Positions 1 through 13,001 of a stretch of 64,000 nt of DNA are shown here, one piece after another. Source of the stretch: Malacoraja senta (lineage: Eukaryota); the NCBI GenBank assembly GCA_038087875.1, contig CM075990.1, positions 3,722,001 to 3,786,000 on the forward strand, given 5' to 3'. A program made the translations under genes and the position numbers. Every line of letters begins with the position of its first letter. Position 1 is the stretch's first letter. The notes under the pieces were generated by a model. It was not told the origin of the DNA, made no database searches, and saw nothing but the letters and a program-made list of their open reading frames with translations.

Positions 1-190
1 TACGGGTACGGAGATTGCACTTCTCCCCGTGACCGCGTGGGTTTTCTCCGGGGGCTCCGGTTACCTCCCACACTCCAAAGACGTGCAGGTTTGGAGGTTA
101 ATTGGCTTCGGTAAAAATTGTTAATTGTCCCCAGTGCGTAGGATAGAGCCAGTGTACGGTTGATCGTTGATCGGCACGGACTTGGTGGGC
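1..190 (+). mobile_element. tRNA-derived V-SINE (HE1-like), partial, cut by the LTR at 191
   Basis: Central domain tctccccgtgaccgcgtgggttttctccggg...cccacactccaaagacgtgcaggt is shared with many copies in the window; it stops at 'ggtgggc', just before the usual 'cgaagggcc' tail. Confidence 0.85.
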
Positions 191-586
191 TGATGAAAAG
201 GTTAAATGCTTTAAAATATATTAAAAATACATAGTGGAATACTTGACTAGGTTGTAGCTTATATTTCATCTCAAGCAGGCCTTCTCCAGTGGATTGATAA
301 GAGAGAGAGAGGCAAGTCCAGGCTTGTTTCAGGTTGGTGTATATTGAGACAACGACCGGTGCCGTTGAAATGTGTCTACCAATTGATAAGAGAGACAGGC
401 TCAGACTCGTGTAGGGATGTGTATTGATTGAATCTTGTGACCTCTTTGGAATGTGATTAAGTGACACACAGTATAAAGCACCGTGCAAAGCTTTGTTCGT
501 TGAAGTGGGAAGTCAAGTGTTGCTTATTTGACTGTTGTATCCCCATCACTTCCCGGCCAATGATCAGTAAGAAGTATTTATTAACA
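191..586 (+). mobile_element. 5' LTR of an endogenous retrovirus
   Basis: Starts with TG where the SINE breaks, ends with CA (ttaaca) 1 nt before the PBS, TATAAA at 472-477, internal direct repeat attgataagagaga. Confidence 0.75.
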
Positions 587-587
587 T

Positions 588-605
588 TGGCGTAGTTGGC
601 AGGAT
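588..605 (+). promoter_or_regulatory. Primer-binding site, tRNA-Ser type
   Basis: TGGCGTAGTTGGCAGGAT matches 17/18 nt of the reverse complement of the vertebrate tRNA-Ser 3' end (TGGCGTAGTCGGCAGGAT); donor-like G|GTAAGA follows at ~789. Confidence 0.85.
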
Positions 606-2052
606 CTCACTGGAACCATCAACAGATGAATGTGTAAGAGGCTGCAGAGCGACCGGGATTGGACAGGAAGAAAACTGAGCTCTAATCGGACCCTTTGAGA
701 CCGACTCCCATAGAAACGCCCGGGAACATCTGTTGTCCTTCGTCAGAAATTGATCTGGTTCTCCGCCGAGGTCCTTAATACAGACAACGGTAAGACTAAT
801 TGTGTATGTATTTTGCTACCAGGAGAGTAGTCGGCGATTGGGCATGGCAAACTAAAATGTTTGGCGCAAATGTGTTATTTTGCTACTGGGAAAGTAGTTG
901 GCAATTGGCTCCGCACAATGGGGAATAATTGTTCATAATGGGTTCACAAATGGGGAATAATCTGGATAAAAGTAATGGGGGAATGCCCGTCCAACATAGC
1001 CCGGGGACCCCTTGTCTGGCACGACGACCCTGTTTATGGAAGAGGAGGGATGAGGAACAAATTCGGGGGGGCTCCAGCCACTCCTCAGGGAAGGGCACCC
1101 CCAGAAGAAAATGATACTGATAGCGACTGGGAGACTAAAAAGGAAGATGAAAAAGAAGGGAAGGGCTGAGGCAGAAGAGGAAGGAGTAGTATTGAATCCA
1201 GCAGTGAGAGATTTAAACAATGCAAAGCTAGAGTATCATTGAGACGGGATACTACTGTTGCCCCTTGCCTCTGCCAAAGCACCGAATTCTGCACATTGGT
1301 CCCCACAGAACCAAAGATTCTAGTAAACAGAACAGCCTTGCCAAGACATGGGTGATGTAAAGTCAATACAGAGGGACGCCTCTTAGTGCGCAGCGAGATT
1401 TTTGGAAACGAGAGGGCTGCCCCATTGACTCTTTGACGGGCCTCTGGCTCACCCCTCTCGGGCAAGTTTGTGTAACTGATGTTTTTCTGTCCGTTCTTTT
1501 ATATTATATACACTGCCTTACGAATGCTTTTCTATTTATGTGGAAATTAACTGTTTATTCTTTGTTTTCTTTTAACTGTTAAACAGAGGAGAGATGCAAA
1601 AATGCAGTTTGTTTTGTCTTATCAATGTTTTCAGTTTTTTTCCCCTATTTCTAATCTTTTGAACTGAGTTCAAAAAGAGAACTGGATACTTTTGGCATCC
1701 TGGTTAAAGTGAGATTGGAGATGCCAATATCGCAGGGGGAAAAAAAAGTTAATTTGGGAAAATTGTGATTAGTATACATTCATGCTAGGAATTTGAAATT
1801 GTGAATTTGGAGAGATAGATTGGAACAATTGGGAATAATTTTCAAATTGTTTTTCTTAATAATGATCTGTTTTTTTAAAGAGTTTAAAGATATTGGCGAA
1901 GTTATGGATTACTGATTTTGATGTGTTAACAGTGTTTGTCTTTTAGAATGAAAATGAGCAGCCAGGTTCCTGTCTACAGGGAAGTAAATGTGTGGAGGCT
2001 TGAAACATGTGCTGTGTAAGGGACAAATGAAGGTCCATGCAGTATTGTGTTA

Positions 2053-2755
2053 AGGGCCTGTCCCACTTACGTGTCCTTGGCACCCAAATTACGCGACCTC
2101 GTGGTCGCATTGAGGCGTACGGGCATCGTATGACCGCGCGGGGCCGGTCCCACTTAGAAGCGTGGAGGGGTATGTAGTTGTGCGCGACATCTCGCGGGGC
2201 TCCAAAATTTTTGTAGTGAACGAAATCTTCGCGCGCCAACGGCCTGTCATGAAACTGATGGCCAAAGTGGGACAGGCCCAAGACCCTGGCGCGACGCAAC
2301 GTCTCACCTTCAACAGCAGCAGAATCAGGCAAGCGATCGCCGAACTCGGCCTGGGGCTCAAGGCCGTTGCGGTCCGGATCCGCCCCCACTTCTACTCCCA
2401 GAGCGGGGCCAAGAAATTTGAAGATGGACACAAAATGCAGGAATAACTCAGCGGGACTGGCAGCATCTCTGGAGAGAAGCAATGGGTGATGTTTCGGGTC
2501 AAGACCCTTCTTTTCAGACTGAAGAAGAGTCTCGACACGAAACGTCACCCATTGCTTCTCTCCAGAGATGCTGCCGGTCCCGCTGAGTTACTCCAGCTTT
2601 GTGTCCATCTTCAAATGATGTCACGCACTCCAGACGGCTGTGCGTATTCATGTAATTGCGCCCGACCTTCGCGGGACCATCTCGGCTCAACGCGACCACG
2701 AGGTCGCGTAATTTGCATTCCAAGGACACGTAAGTGCGTAAGTGGGACAGGCCCT
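2053..2755. mobile_element. Harbinger/PIF-type MITE containing an inverted pair of Penelope terminal repeats
   Basis: TIR AGGGCCTGTCCCACTTAC / GTAAGTGGGACAGGCCCT, TTA TSD at 2050-2052 and 2756-2758, internal palindrome at 2416-2616. Confidence 0.85.
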
Positions 2756-3157
2756 TTAGTTGATTACATCAGACCGTAGCTTACAAAAGGTGGTTAGAGG
2801 GAACTCACTATGAGGGGTAAAAAGTGAGAGATAAAGTGGATTGGGGAGCAGAAATATATTTGGACATGGAAGAGATAATATTTAGGTGGGGGTCCGTCTT
2901 CAGATGGACTCTGATCAGGGAACACGTTCACAGGGAAGGTAATGAAGGAGGTTTCTGCCATGCCAGTCGTTAAAGACTGATTTCACATTTCCAAACCATC
3001 TGCAGAGTTTTGGATTAGTGGAGCGAATGATTAGGACACTAAAGAGTTTAAGTAAATCCTTGACCGAGACTGGACAGGAATGGGTTAAGGTATTCCCAGT
3101 CTTCTGATGATTCAGAACAACCAGCTCGGCCTGTGGACTTCGGGAGCCGCCGTCTGC

Positions 3158-4237
3158 AAAGAGTAGGAGCAAACGGGTCCTTTTCAGAATGGCAGGCAGT
3201 GACTAGTGGGATACCGCAAGGCTCAGTGCTGGGACCCCAGCTATTTACAATATATATTAATGATTTGGACGAGGGCATTGAAAGCAACATCTCCAAGTTT
3301 GCGGATGACACGAAGCTGGGGGGCAGTGTTAGCTGTGAGGAGGATGCTAGGAGGCTGCAAGGTGACTTGGATAGGCTGGGTGAGTGGGCAAATGCATGGC
3401 AGATGCAGTATAATGTGGATAAATGTGAGGTTATCCACTTTGGTGGCAAAAACAGGAAAGTAGACTATTATCTAAATGGTGGCCGATTAGGAAAAGGGGA
3501 GGTGCAACGAGACCTGGGTGTCATGGTACACCAGTCATTGAAAGTAGGCATGCAGGTGCAGCAGGCAGTGAAGAAAGCGAATGGCATGTTAGCATTCATA
3601 GCAAAAGGATTTGAGTATAGGAGCTGGGAGGTTCTACTGCAGTTGTACAGGGTCTTGGTGAGACCACACCTGGAGTATTGCGTACAGTTTTGGTCTCCAA
3701 ATCTGAGGAAAGACATTCTTGCCATAGAGGGAGTACAGAGAAGGTTCACCAGACTGATTCCTGGGATGTCAGGACTTTCATATGAAGAAAGACTGGATAG
3801 ACTTGGCTTGTACTCGCTAGAATTTAGAAGATTGAGGAGGGATCTTATAGAAACTTACAAAATTCTTAAGGGGTTGGACAGGCTAGATGCAGGAAGATTG
3901 TTCCCGATGTTGGGGAAGTCCAGGACAGGGGGTCACAGTTTAAGGATAAAGGGGAATTCCTTTAGGACCGAGATGAGAAAAACATTTTTCACACAGAGAG
4001 TGGTGAATCTCTGGAACTCTCTGCCACAGAAGGTAGTTGAGGCCAGTTCATTGGCTATATTTAAGAGGGAGTTAGATGTGGCCATTGTGGCTAAAGGGAT
4101 CAGGGGGTATGGAGAGAAGGCAGGTACAGGATACTGAGTTGGATGATCAGCCATGATCATATTGAATGGTGGTGCAGGCTCGAAGGGCCGAATGGCCTAC
4201 TCCTGCACCTATTTTCTATGTTTCTATGTTTCTATGT
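3158..4237 (+). mobile_element. CR1 LINE, 5'-truncated; RT C-terminal half in an open frame (ORF 3133-4137)
   Basis: GIPQGSVLGP, FADDTK, RPHLEYCVQFW motifs; short 3' UTR and (TTTCTATG)n tail. Confidence 0.95.
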
Positions 4238-4607
4238 CTCCGGTAGGAAGCGGCCGATTCGGAACTCCAAGCCACTTGAACTGTTCTTTCCGAAGCCAAA
4301 GCTCCATCAACCGGCGAGAGGGCCTGAAACACCGGGCCTCCGCTGCGGTGACTACGGAGGCCTCAAATAGGCCCTGTCCATGGGTGAACACAGAGGAAGA
4401 GGACTGGACTTTTACTGCCTTCCCTCACAGTGGAAAACATTTATTCTGCTGTGGGGGGACATTTCATGTTAAATTCTATAGTGTGTTGTGTTTTTCTCTT
4501 TATTTCTATGGATGTATGGCAACCCAAATTCTTCCATGTACAGCACTTTGGTTCAATGCAAGTTGATTTAAAAGTGCTATATAAATAAAATGTGATTGAT
4601 TGATTGA
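4238..4607 (+). mobile_element. Non-coding retroposon with an L2-type 3' end
   Basis: Ends gtgctatataaataaaatgtga(ttga)n, matching the 3' end of the L2 at 28532-28565 (reverse complement gtgctatataaataaatgtgac). Confidence 0.55.
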
Positions 4608-5626
4608 ACCCCAGCTCGAGAGACAGGATTAATGCTTTTTGAATTGATAACAGGATGAGCTATGAACCTACCAGAAGATGTGGAAGTTACACCTACAGGC
4701 CCTCAGCGATTAACTAATTATGTATGCACAGCAATTAACCCATGCCTTGCCAGGTCTGCATTCCCAGGTACGGGAGGCACAGAAGCCACTACCAGTTGAA
4801 CACAGGGACGAGTCCATACTGTCAGTCTGCATGCTGATACGGTACTGGGACCGGAAGAAATTGAGACTGTGTTGAAAGGAACTGTACCAAGTGCTACCAA
4901 CAACATCAACCACCGTGAAGATTGAAGATCACCCTCGTTGGATACATCTGATTGACTGTAAACGGTTCAGAGAAGCAAGAAAGGACAATGGGGCTATTGA
5001 CCCTCTTTTTAATCTGGGGTTGGCCCAGATGGACCGGACTTGGGGAAATAACTGGTTTCTGTCTATGAGTTTTGAATTTCCCCTTCATGATAATATAAGT
5101 GTATGCTGGGTGTGTACGCACATCCCATATAATGATGGAGGAGGAATACCCCTCTTAACAATATCCCTTTATCTTATTGAGATTCTCTACCTAACATTTT
5201 TGTGAGTTGTCTGTTTATTAAGAAGTGAACCTTAACAATGAAGTGCTTGTTTCCATGGCGTATCTCTTCCTGAAACTAAACGAACAACAAGGATTGGCCC
5301 TGTGATCACACTGTGATCAGCACTAACCACAATTCAATGACTTTAATGCAAATGTACCAGGCTCCAGGGCCACATTTGCATTGCCCACCTCTGATTAAAA
5401 GCTTGCTCAGCTGGCCAACCTAGTCCATCCCTCTCCCAGTCCACATTTTCACCCTCTCCCTTTCCCCAATCTTGAGTCGAGTTTGCAAGGAAAGAGAAAA
5501 ACAGATGTTAAAACTGACCCTGTTAAGTGTATGGCTAGGCAGTCGGCAGCAGTGGGAGAAATAAACGCCTTGGAATGGTTCTCATCCGTAACCCTTTCCT
5601 GGAAACTGAGTAATCAACAGCCTTAA

Positions 5627-5921
5627 CGGTAGAGTTGCTGCCTCACAGCGCCAGAGACCCGGGTTCCATCCTGACCTCTGTCTGTCTGTCCGGAGTTTCT
5701 ACGTTCTCCCCGTGACTTGCGCGGGTTTTCACCGGGTGGTCCGGTTTCCTCGTGCACTCCAAAGACCTGCAGGTTTGTAGGTTAATTGGCTTTGGTAAAT
5801 ATTATAAATTATCTCTAGTGTGTAGGATACTGCTAGTGTAGGGGGTGATCGCTGGTCGGCGTGGACTCAGTGGACCGAAGGACCTGTTTCCACGCTGTAT
5901 CTCTAAAGTCTAATGTCTAAA
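5627..5921 (+). mobile_element. V-SINE (HE1-like)
   Basis: tRNA-like head (ggtagag...gggttccatcc), V domain, CR1-type tail. Confidence 0.9.
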
Positions 5922-5941
5922 GCCATTTCAATCCATTTTAT

Positions 5942-6916
5942 GTGGAGGATGTGACAAGCAAAATGGATGAAGGAGAGCCAGTGCATCCGGACGTTCAGAA
6001 AGCCTTTGATAAGGTCCCACACAGGAGATTAGTGGGCAAAATTAGAGCGCATGATATAGGGGATATTGTGGGTCCCTGTCAGAATGGCAGGCAGTCGCGA
6101 GTGGAATGCCGCAAGGCTCGGTGCTGGGGCCGCAACTATTTACAATATATATCAATGATTTAGATGATGAGATTAAAAATAACACTTGCAAATTTGCAGA
6201 TGACACAAAGCTGGGTGGCAGTGTGAACTGCGAAGATGCTAGGAGGTTGAGTGAGTTGGCAGATGCATGGCAGATGCAGTATAATGTAGATAAATTTGAG
6301 GTTATCCACTTTGGCGGCAAGAACAAGGAAGCAGATTATTATCTCAATGGTGTCAGATTAGGAAAAAGGGAAGTGCAAGGAGACCTGGATGTCCTTGTAC
6401 ACCAGTCACTGAAAGTAAACATGCAGGTACAGCAGGCAGTGAAGAAAGCTAATGGCATGTTGGCCTTCATAACAAGAGGAGTTGAGTATTGGAGTAAAGG
6501 GGTCCTTCTGCAGTTGTACAGGGCCCTGGTGAGACCACATCTGGAGTATTGTGTGCAGTTTTTGTCTCATAATTTGAGGAAGGACATCCTTGCTATTGAG
6601 GCAGTGCAGCGTAGGTTCACAAGGTTAATCCCCGGTATGGCGGGACTGTCATATGAGGAAAGATTCGAAAGACTGGGCTTGTATTCACTGAAATTTAGAA
6701 GGATGAGAGGATATCTTATAGAAACATATAAAATTATAAAAGGACTGGACAAGCTAGATGCAGGAAAAATGTTCCCAATGTTGGGGGAGTCCAGAACCAG
6801 GGCCCACAGTCTAACAATAAAGGGGAGGCCATTTAAAACTGAGATGAGAAAACACTTTTTCACCCAGAGAGTTGTGAATTTGTGGAATTCTCTGCCACAG
6901 AAGGCAGTAGAGGCCA
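5942..6916 (+). mobile_element. CR1 RT fragment, degenerate, lacking its 3' end
   Basis: QKAFDKVPH, PQGSVLGP, FADDTK motifs with small deletions. Confidence 0.9.
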
Positions 6917-7222
6917 ATCCCTCAATAGCAAGAATGTCCTTCCTCAAATTTGGAAACCAAAACTGCACACAATACTCCAGGTGTGGTCTCACTAGGGGCC
7001 TGTACAACTGCAGAAGGACCTCTTGGCTACTATACTCAACTCCTCTTGTTATGAAGGCCAACATGCCATTCGCTTTCTTCACTGCCTGCTGTACCTGCAT
7101 GCTTACTTTCAGTGACGGATGCACAAGGACCCCCAGATCCCGTTGTACTTCCCCTTTTCCCAACCTGACACCATTTAGATAATAATCTGCCTTCCTGTTT
7201 TTGCTACCAAAGTGCATAACCT
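6917..7222 (-). mobile_element. CR1 fragment split by the L1; it resumes at 13337-13428
   Basis: HFGSKNRKADYYLNG...RPHLEYCVQFW on the minus strand; CR1 sequence continues directly after the L1 poly(A). Confidence 0.9.
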
Positions 7223-7223
7223 A

Positions 7224-8228
7224 GCCGGTAAAGTGAGACAACCGACGGAAGAGGTAGGCCCAACCGAGGCCTCGGCCTCAGGTACAACGATGTCCCAGGA
7301 AGACCCATCGAAGAAACCAAAGCAAAAAAAATCTGAAATTGAAGAACTCTCCATAGAGATAAAAAATATTCAAATACAGCTGAAAACCTTTGAAGGAAAG
7401 CTGAATTTTAAAGAGGAACTTAACTCTTTTAAGGTAGATTTTAAAGCAGAAATGCTCTCTACCGTTCAGGATATATTGGAAGTCTGGAAGAGGTCGAGGG
7501 ACGAAGAGGTCAATGATCAGATGGGAGAGGTGGAAGGCAGGATCGCTTCGGTGGAATCGAGCCTTAAGGGAGAGATTGACCCCATCCATCAGACACTGAT
7601 GCAACATATTATAGCGATAACTGAACTTGAGAAATGTGTGGCGACAAGTGCGGAAACTGTAAATTGACTCCTTACCGAAAATCAACGCCTCTCCGAAATG
7701 GTGACTAAACTAAGTGGAAAGTGTATCGACCTGGAGGGGCGTCAAAGACGCCAGAACTTAAGAATTGTAGGTGTGAAAGAAGGAAGTGAGAGGGATATGG
7801 GCACTCGGGATTTTGTGGCAGATTTACTACAAAAAGCCTTAAATTTGGATCAAAAACCTTTACTTGGTCGAGCACATAGAGCGCAGGGGTGTCGTACACG
7901 AGATGATGCCTACCCAAGACAAATTATAGTAAAGGTGCAACTTGATCATAAATTTGACGATATAATGAAGAAAATTGCCCGTAGCAGAGAGCTCTATTTT
8001 GAAGGAGTGAGGATCAGTATCTACAGAGACTACCCGGCGGAGGTCTTCAAGAAAAGAGCGCTGTTTACTGAGACAAAAAGAATACTGAAGAATATACCGG
8101 ATTTGAGATACGGCTTGCTTTATCCCGCAACATTAAGAGTCACCTACATGAAGAAGGAGCAATTTTTTACAGACCATGAAAAAGCACTGGAATTCGCCAA
8201 AGGCATCGGGAATGTGACCACAGACTGA
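7224..8228 (+). pseudogene. L1 ORF1p (coiled coil, RRM, CTD) with one premature stop at 7665-7667
   Basis: ORFs 7212-7667 and 7698-8228 share a frame; motifs DLEGRQRRQNLRIVGVKEG, RAHR, YPATLRV. Confidence 0.9.
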
Positions 8229-9204
8229 ACAATATACATCACTTCTCAGGAGTCAAGGAATAACGGGACCTCGCCAGGTCTAAAAGGATCTTTAAAATAC
8301 TTTTAAGAGCTTTAAGGACGTTTGAAAATTGAAATGGACATTGGAGAAAACCTGGGTTTTTTTTAAGTTTTTTTTTTTAAATCTCTCTTAATATCTCTAA
8401 TTTTTTTAATTCATTCTTCGCGTTTAGTATAAATTCTAAGAACAATAATATCACAGTTACGATCAATTGTTACTAATCACTATTATTATTTAGTATATTC
8501 ATATTTAACCATACATGTAACTACTAATACATTAAATATCAATATTACTACTAAAATTACTAACATCTATATTATTCATAAATATTTTTACCGTGTATGA
8601 TTAATAACAATGATTAATAACTAACAGTTTCTGGTTAACGTAGAAATAGATTACATACATATATTCCATAGGAATATAAGTAAGAGGTAATTTAGCCCAT
8701 GTATTAATAAGGTTTGATGGTTTTCCTCTTTATTTTTCAATTCAAAATTAAAAATACATACTTAAAGAAGATATTAATACGGTATTTAGAGAATAATAAC
8801 GTTGTTAACTTTTACTGTTGTTTACCTTTTTTGGGTTTAAAAAAAATAAAAAAATTTGCGACTGCCAGAGAAGTTATTTGATTGTCAGAAATATTATCTT
8901 TTTTTTTTTTTTAAAGCACGGAGCTAGGATTTTTTTCTTTTACAAAGGCTACGGAAGTCTTTAGAATTCTAGCCACGCTAGTGTGGTTATCACTAACTAC
9001 ACTAATTGTAGTTGTAGTTTTTTTTCTTTCACCCTATACTAATCAACTATATCACTTTTTTCACTTTAATTATTGTTAATTCAAGGAGATGTGTTCGGAG
9101 TAGCGATGTATGTCATTTAAAATTCATCTATCTGAGGGTCAGGGACAAGGTCAGGTTTTATGTGTTGTACCTTCTGCTCGGCTATAGACCACCCTAGAAA
9201 CAAT

Positions 9205-12200
9205 ATGCAAGATGGTAATATGACAAGAGGGGGTGAAGGAATAACGTTTTGTAGTTGGAATGTTAAGGGAATGTTAAGGGAATCAATGAACCAATTAAGA
9301 GAGGTAAAGTTTTAACACATTTAAATTCACTCAAGACAGATATAATATTCCTCCAAGAAACACACCTTAAAAAGGAATCACAATATAGACTTAAAGCTAA
9401 GTGGATTGCTGAATCGTACCATGCCTCTTTTTCACACAAGTCCAGAGGAGTTGCAATATTAATTCGTAAAGGAATATCTTTTACACATTCATCAACAATA
9501 GCGGATATAGATGGTAGATATATTATATTAGTTGGAGAGTTAAATGGGAAAAAAGTGATTCTTCTTAATGTATATGGACCTAATTTTGATAATCCTATGT
9601 TTTTTAATAAAACATTTAATATACTCCCAGAATTTACACAATATAAATTAATAATTGGAGGAGATTTCAATTGTACATTAGACTCTTATTTAGATAGATC
9701 ATCAAGGCAAAAAAAAGTAAAATCTCAATCAAGTGTATTTTTAAATTCATTTATTAATACCACTAATATTAAGGATGTCTGGAGAATTGAAAACCCAACT
9801 GGACGGGAATACTCATTTTACTCACCAGTACATAAAACATACTCAAGAATAGATTATATTTTAGTTGACTCCACGTTTATCCCATTTACTTATAACTCAA
9901 AATACCATAATATTATAATCTCAGACCACGCACCTGTAACATTTATGATTAAATTAAATGGAATGTCCGAGAAACAAACATATTGGAGATTTAACCCACA
10001 AATATTGAATGAAAGATCATGCCAGGAATATCTTATTAAACAGATTCAAACATTTTTCGAGGCAAATGACAACCCTGACACATCTGTTTCTCTTATTTGG
10101 GAAACATTTAAAGCGTTTGTCCGAGGCGCATTAATTTCTGCCCAAGTATTTTATAACAAAGAGAACCGGATTAAACAACAAACATTGGAAAGGGAAATAA
10201 AGCAACTAGATATAGAAAATGCGAGAATGCCATCTATGTTAAAACATAATAAAATTGCTGTACTGAAATATAAACTAAACAAAATGTATTCAGAACAAGT
10301 AATAAAACGTTATCAACACACTAAACAACTACATTTTGAGTTCGGAGACAAACCACAAAAACTATTAGCACGTCAGTTACGAAAAATGGAGGGGGAAAAA
10401 ATAATTCATAAAATTAGAACAGATACAGGAGAATTATTAAAATTGCCCAAGGATATAAACGAGAGATTTCTCCAATACTATCATAATCTTTACTCAACTA
10501 AAACTGTAGTACAACCAGAAGGAATAGCAGATTTTTTACAAAAATGTAATTTAAAAGGTTTAGATTCAAAAGATAGAGAATTATTAGAAGCGGAGATTAC
10601 GATAAAAGATATTGAAGAGTCTATGGATCTTTAAAAAATAGTAAAGCAGTAGGACCAGATGGTTTAGGCTCTGAATTCTATTAAAAAAATTACGATTTGC
10701 TCTCGCCACGCTTACAAATGCTGTATGAACATATTTATACTCAACAGAAACTTCCAGATACCTTAAATGAATCTATAATAACACTTATTCCTAAAGCTGA
10801 TAAGGATCCGGAAAATCCAGGAACATATAGAGCAATTGCACTTTTAAATACAGATCAGAAAATACTAACCAAAATTTTAGCGCACAGATTAAGTACAGTG
10901 ATGAATAAACGAATACACCCTGACCAAACAGGTTTTATTCAGAAGCGGTATTCATATTATATTCTAAGAAGATTATTTAATATAATATATTCAAAGAGAA
11001 ATATTAATGAAGATCTAGCAATAATCTCACTCGATGCTGAAAAAGCTTTTGATCAGGTGGAATGGCCCTATTTATTTTCGGCGATGGAAAAATTGCAGCT
11101 GGGCGAGAAATTCTGCGCATGGATAAAACTGTTATATACCAACCCAATGGCTAGAATATTAACAAACCAAAGGTTATCATCTAAATTTAACCTATCTAGA
11201 GGTTGCAGACAAGGATGCCCGTTGTCTCCATTATTATTTGCGCTTGTTATAGAGCCACTCGCAGAAAGAGTTAGGACCCATCCAGAAATATATGGGTATA
11301 ACACAAAGGATACAGTGAATAAAATTTCTCTATACGCAGATGATGTATTAATTTACATTACAAAACCAGAAATTAGTATTCCAAATTTATTAAAGCTAAT
11401 AACCCAATTTGGTTCACTCTCAGGATACAGAATAAATTGGAATAAAAGTGAAATTATGCCAATAAGGGAACATAATAAACATATAATACAACAATTTCCA
11501 TTTAAAATGGTAAATGAAAAATTCAAATACCTAGGCATTTATGTCACTAAGACATATACATCATTATTTAAAGCAAATTTTCCCCCATTACTGAATAAAC
11601 TACATAAGAATATTCAGTATTGGAAAACACTTCCTATCTCAATGGTTGGCAAAATTAATGCCATAAAAATGATTTTCTTACCGCAAATATTATACCTTTA
11701 TCAAACAATTCCGATATACTTGTCAAAAAACTTTTTTTAAAAGTTAGATTCCATTGTCAGTGACTTTATCTGGGATTATAAGAATCATAGGATAAGCAAA
11801 AAACATCTGTGCAAATCAAAAATAAATGGAGGCTTGGTTTTACCAAACATTTTGTTTTATTTTTGGGCAGTTAACATTAAAAATATGAATTTTTGGTTGG
11901 AAGAAATAGATCAACAACCAGATTGGTTAAAAATGGAAAAGGAAGATTGCTCACCTTTTGAAATCGGCTCGATACTATTTGCTACTTCTAAATTAAATAA
12001 AAAAATTATAGGGAAAATCCTATAATATATCGTGCTATGCGAATTTGGAAACAATTAAAAAAGACATTCAAACTAGATAATTTATCACTTTTTCTTCCAA
12101 TTGCGAATAACCCTTTGTTTAAGCCCTCATGGTTGGACAAAGGTTTCACACAATGGAAAAACTATGGAATTAAAAAGATGGGAACTCTTTATAAGGAAGG

Positions 12201-13001
12201 CACTTTTCTTTCATTTCAGGAGTTGCAACAGACTTATGGACTTCAAGTAAATGATTTTTTCAGATATCTTCAACTTAGAGATTACGTAAAAGCAAATACT
12301 CGAAATTTTAGAATTAGAAATTCAGAAATTTGACAGAAAAATTAATATCTTATATATATAATATTTTATTAGACAGCGATATTCCATTGACGGACTTACA
12401 CAGACAAACATGGGAAAAAGAACTAAATCAAATAATAACGAAAGATACTTGGGAAGAAAGTTTACAACACATACATCAATGTTCATTAAATGCCAGACAC
12501 TCTCTAATACAATTCAAAGTAATACATAGGTTACATTATTCTAAAACAAAATTAAATAAAATCTTCCCACATATCTCACCTATATGTGATAAATGTCAAC
12601 ATTTAGAAGCTAACTTATCTCATATGTTTGCAAATTGCATAAAAATTAAAAATTTCTGGGTAAATATTTTCAGAATAATATCTAAAGTGACTAGCATTCA
12701 ATTGGACCCGGATCCAAAATTAATAATACTAGGAACATTAGAACTAAATCAAACATTTACAACAACTCAAAGAAACTTTATTGATTATAGTATAATAACT
12801 GGGAAAAAATTAATTCTAAAATTTTGGAAAGGTCCTATAACCCCCACAATTAAAATGTGGATTATAGAAATGACGGAGACCTTACACTTGGAAAGAATTA
12901 GACTTGTCCTGTTGGACAAACAGGAACTATTCGTTGGAACATGGTCTCCCTTTATTGACTATTTAAAGGGTCAGAATGGTTCAGCACGAGAACCTGACTA
13001 G
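9205..13001 (+). pseudogene. L1 ORF2p (APE endonuclease, RT, C-terminal Cys motif), multiply disrupted
   Basis: SWNVKG, LQETH, GGDFN, SRIDY, SDH, LDAEKAFD, RQGCPLSP, YADD, CDKC..H...C; 11-bp tandem duplication at 9257-9278 and further breaks near 10630, 10680, 11740, 12020, 12330. Confidence 0.93.

Larger units (their letters stand above)
606..5400 (+). pseudogene. Decayed ERV internal region (gag start, integrase, env remnants), interrupted by a MITE, a CR1 and a SINE-like element
   Basis: MGNNLDK gag-like start at ~950; integrase core remnants MDSDQG and HLQSFGLVERMIRTLK...ETGQEWV at ~2905-3125; integrase C-terminus YQVLPTTSTTVKIEDHPRWIH at ~4885-4950; env-like CWVCTHIP at ~5100. No 3' LTR seen. 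Confidence 0.75.

Noticed and set aside
6106..7217. Overlapping 358-aa and 216-aa ORFs on opposite strands
   Set aside because: Chimeras formed by two fused CR1 fragments
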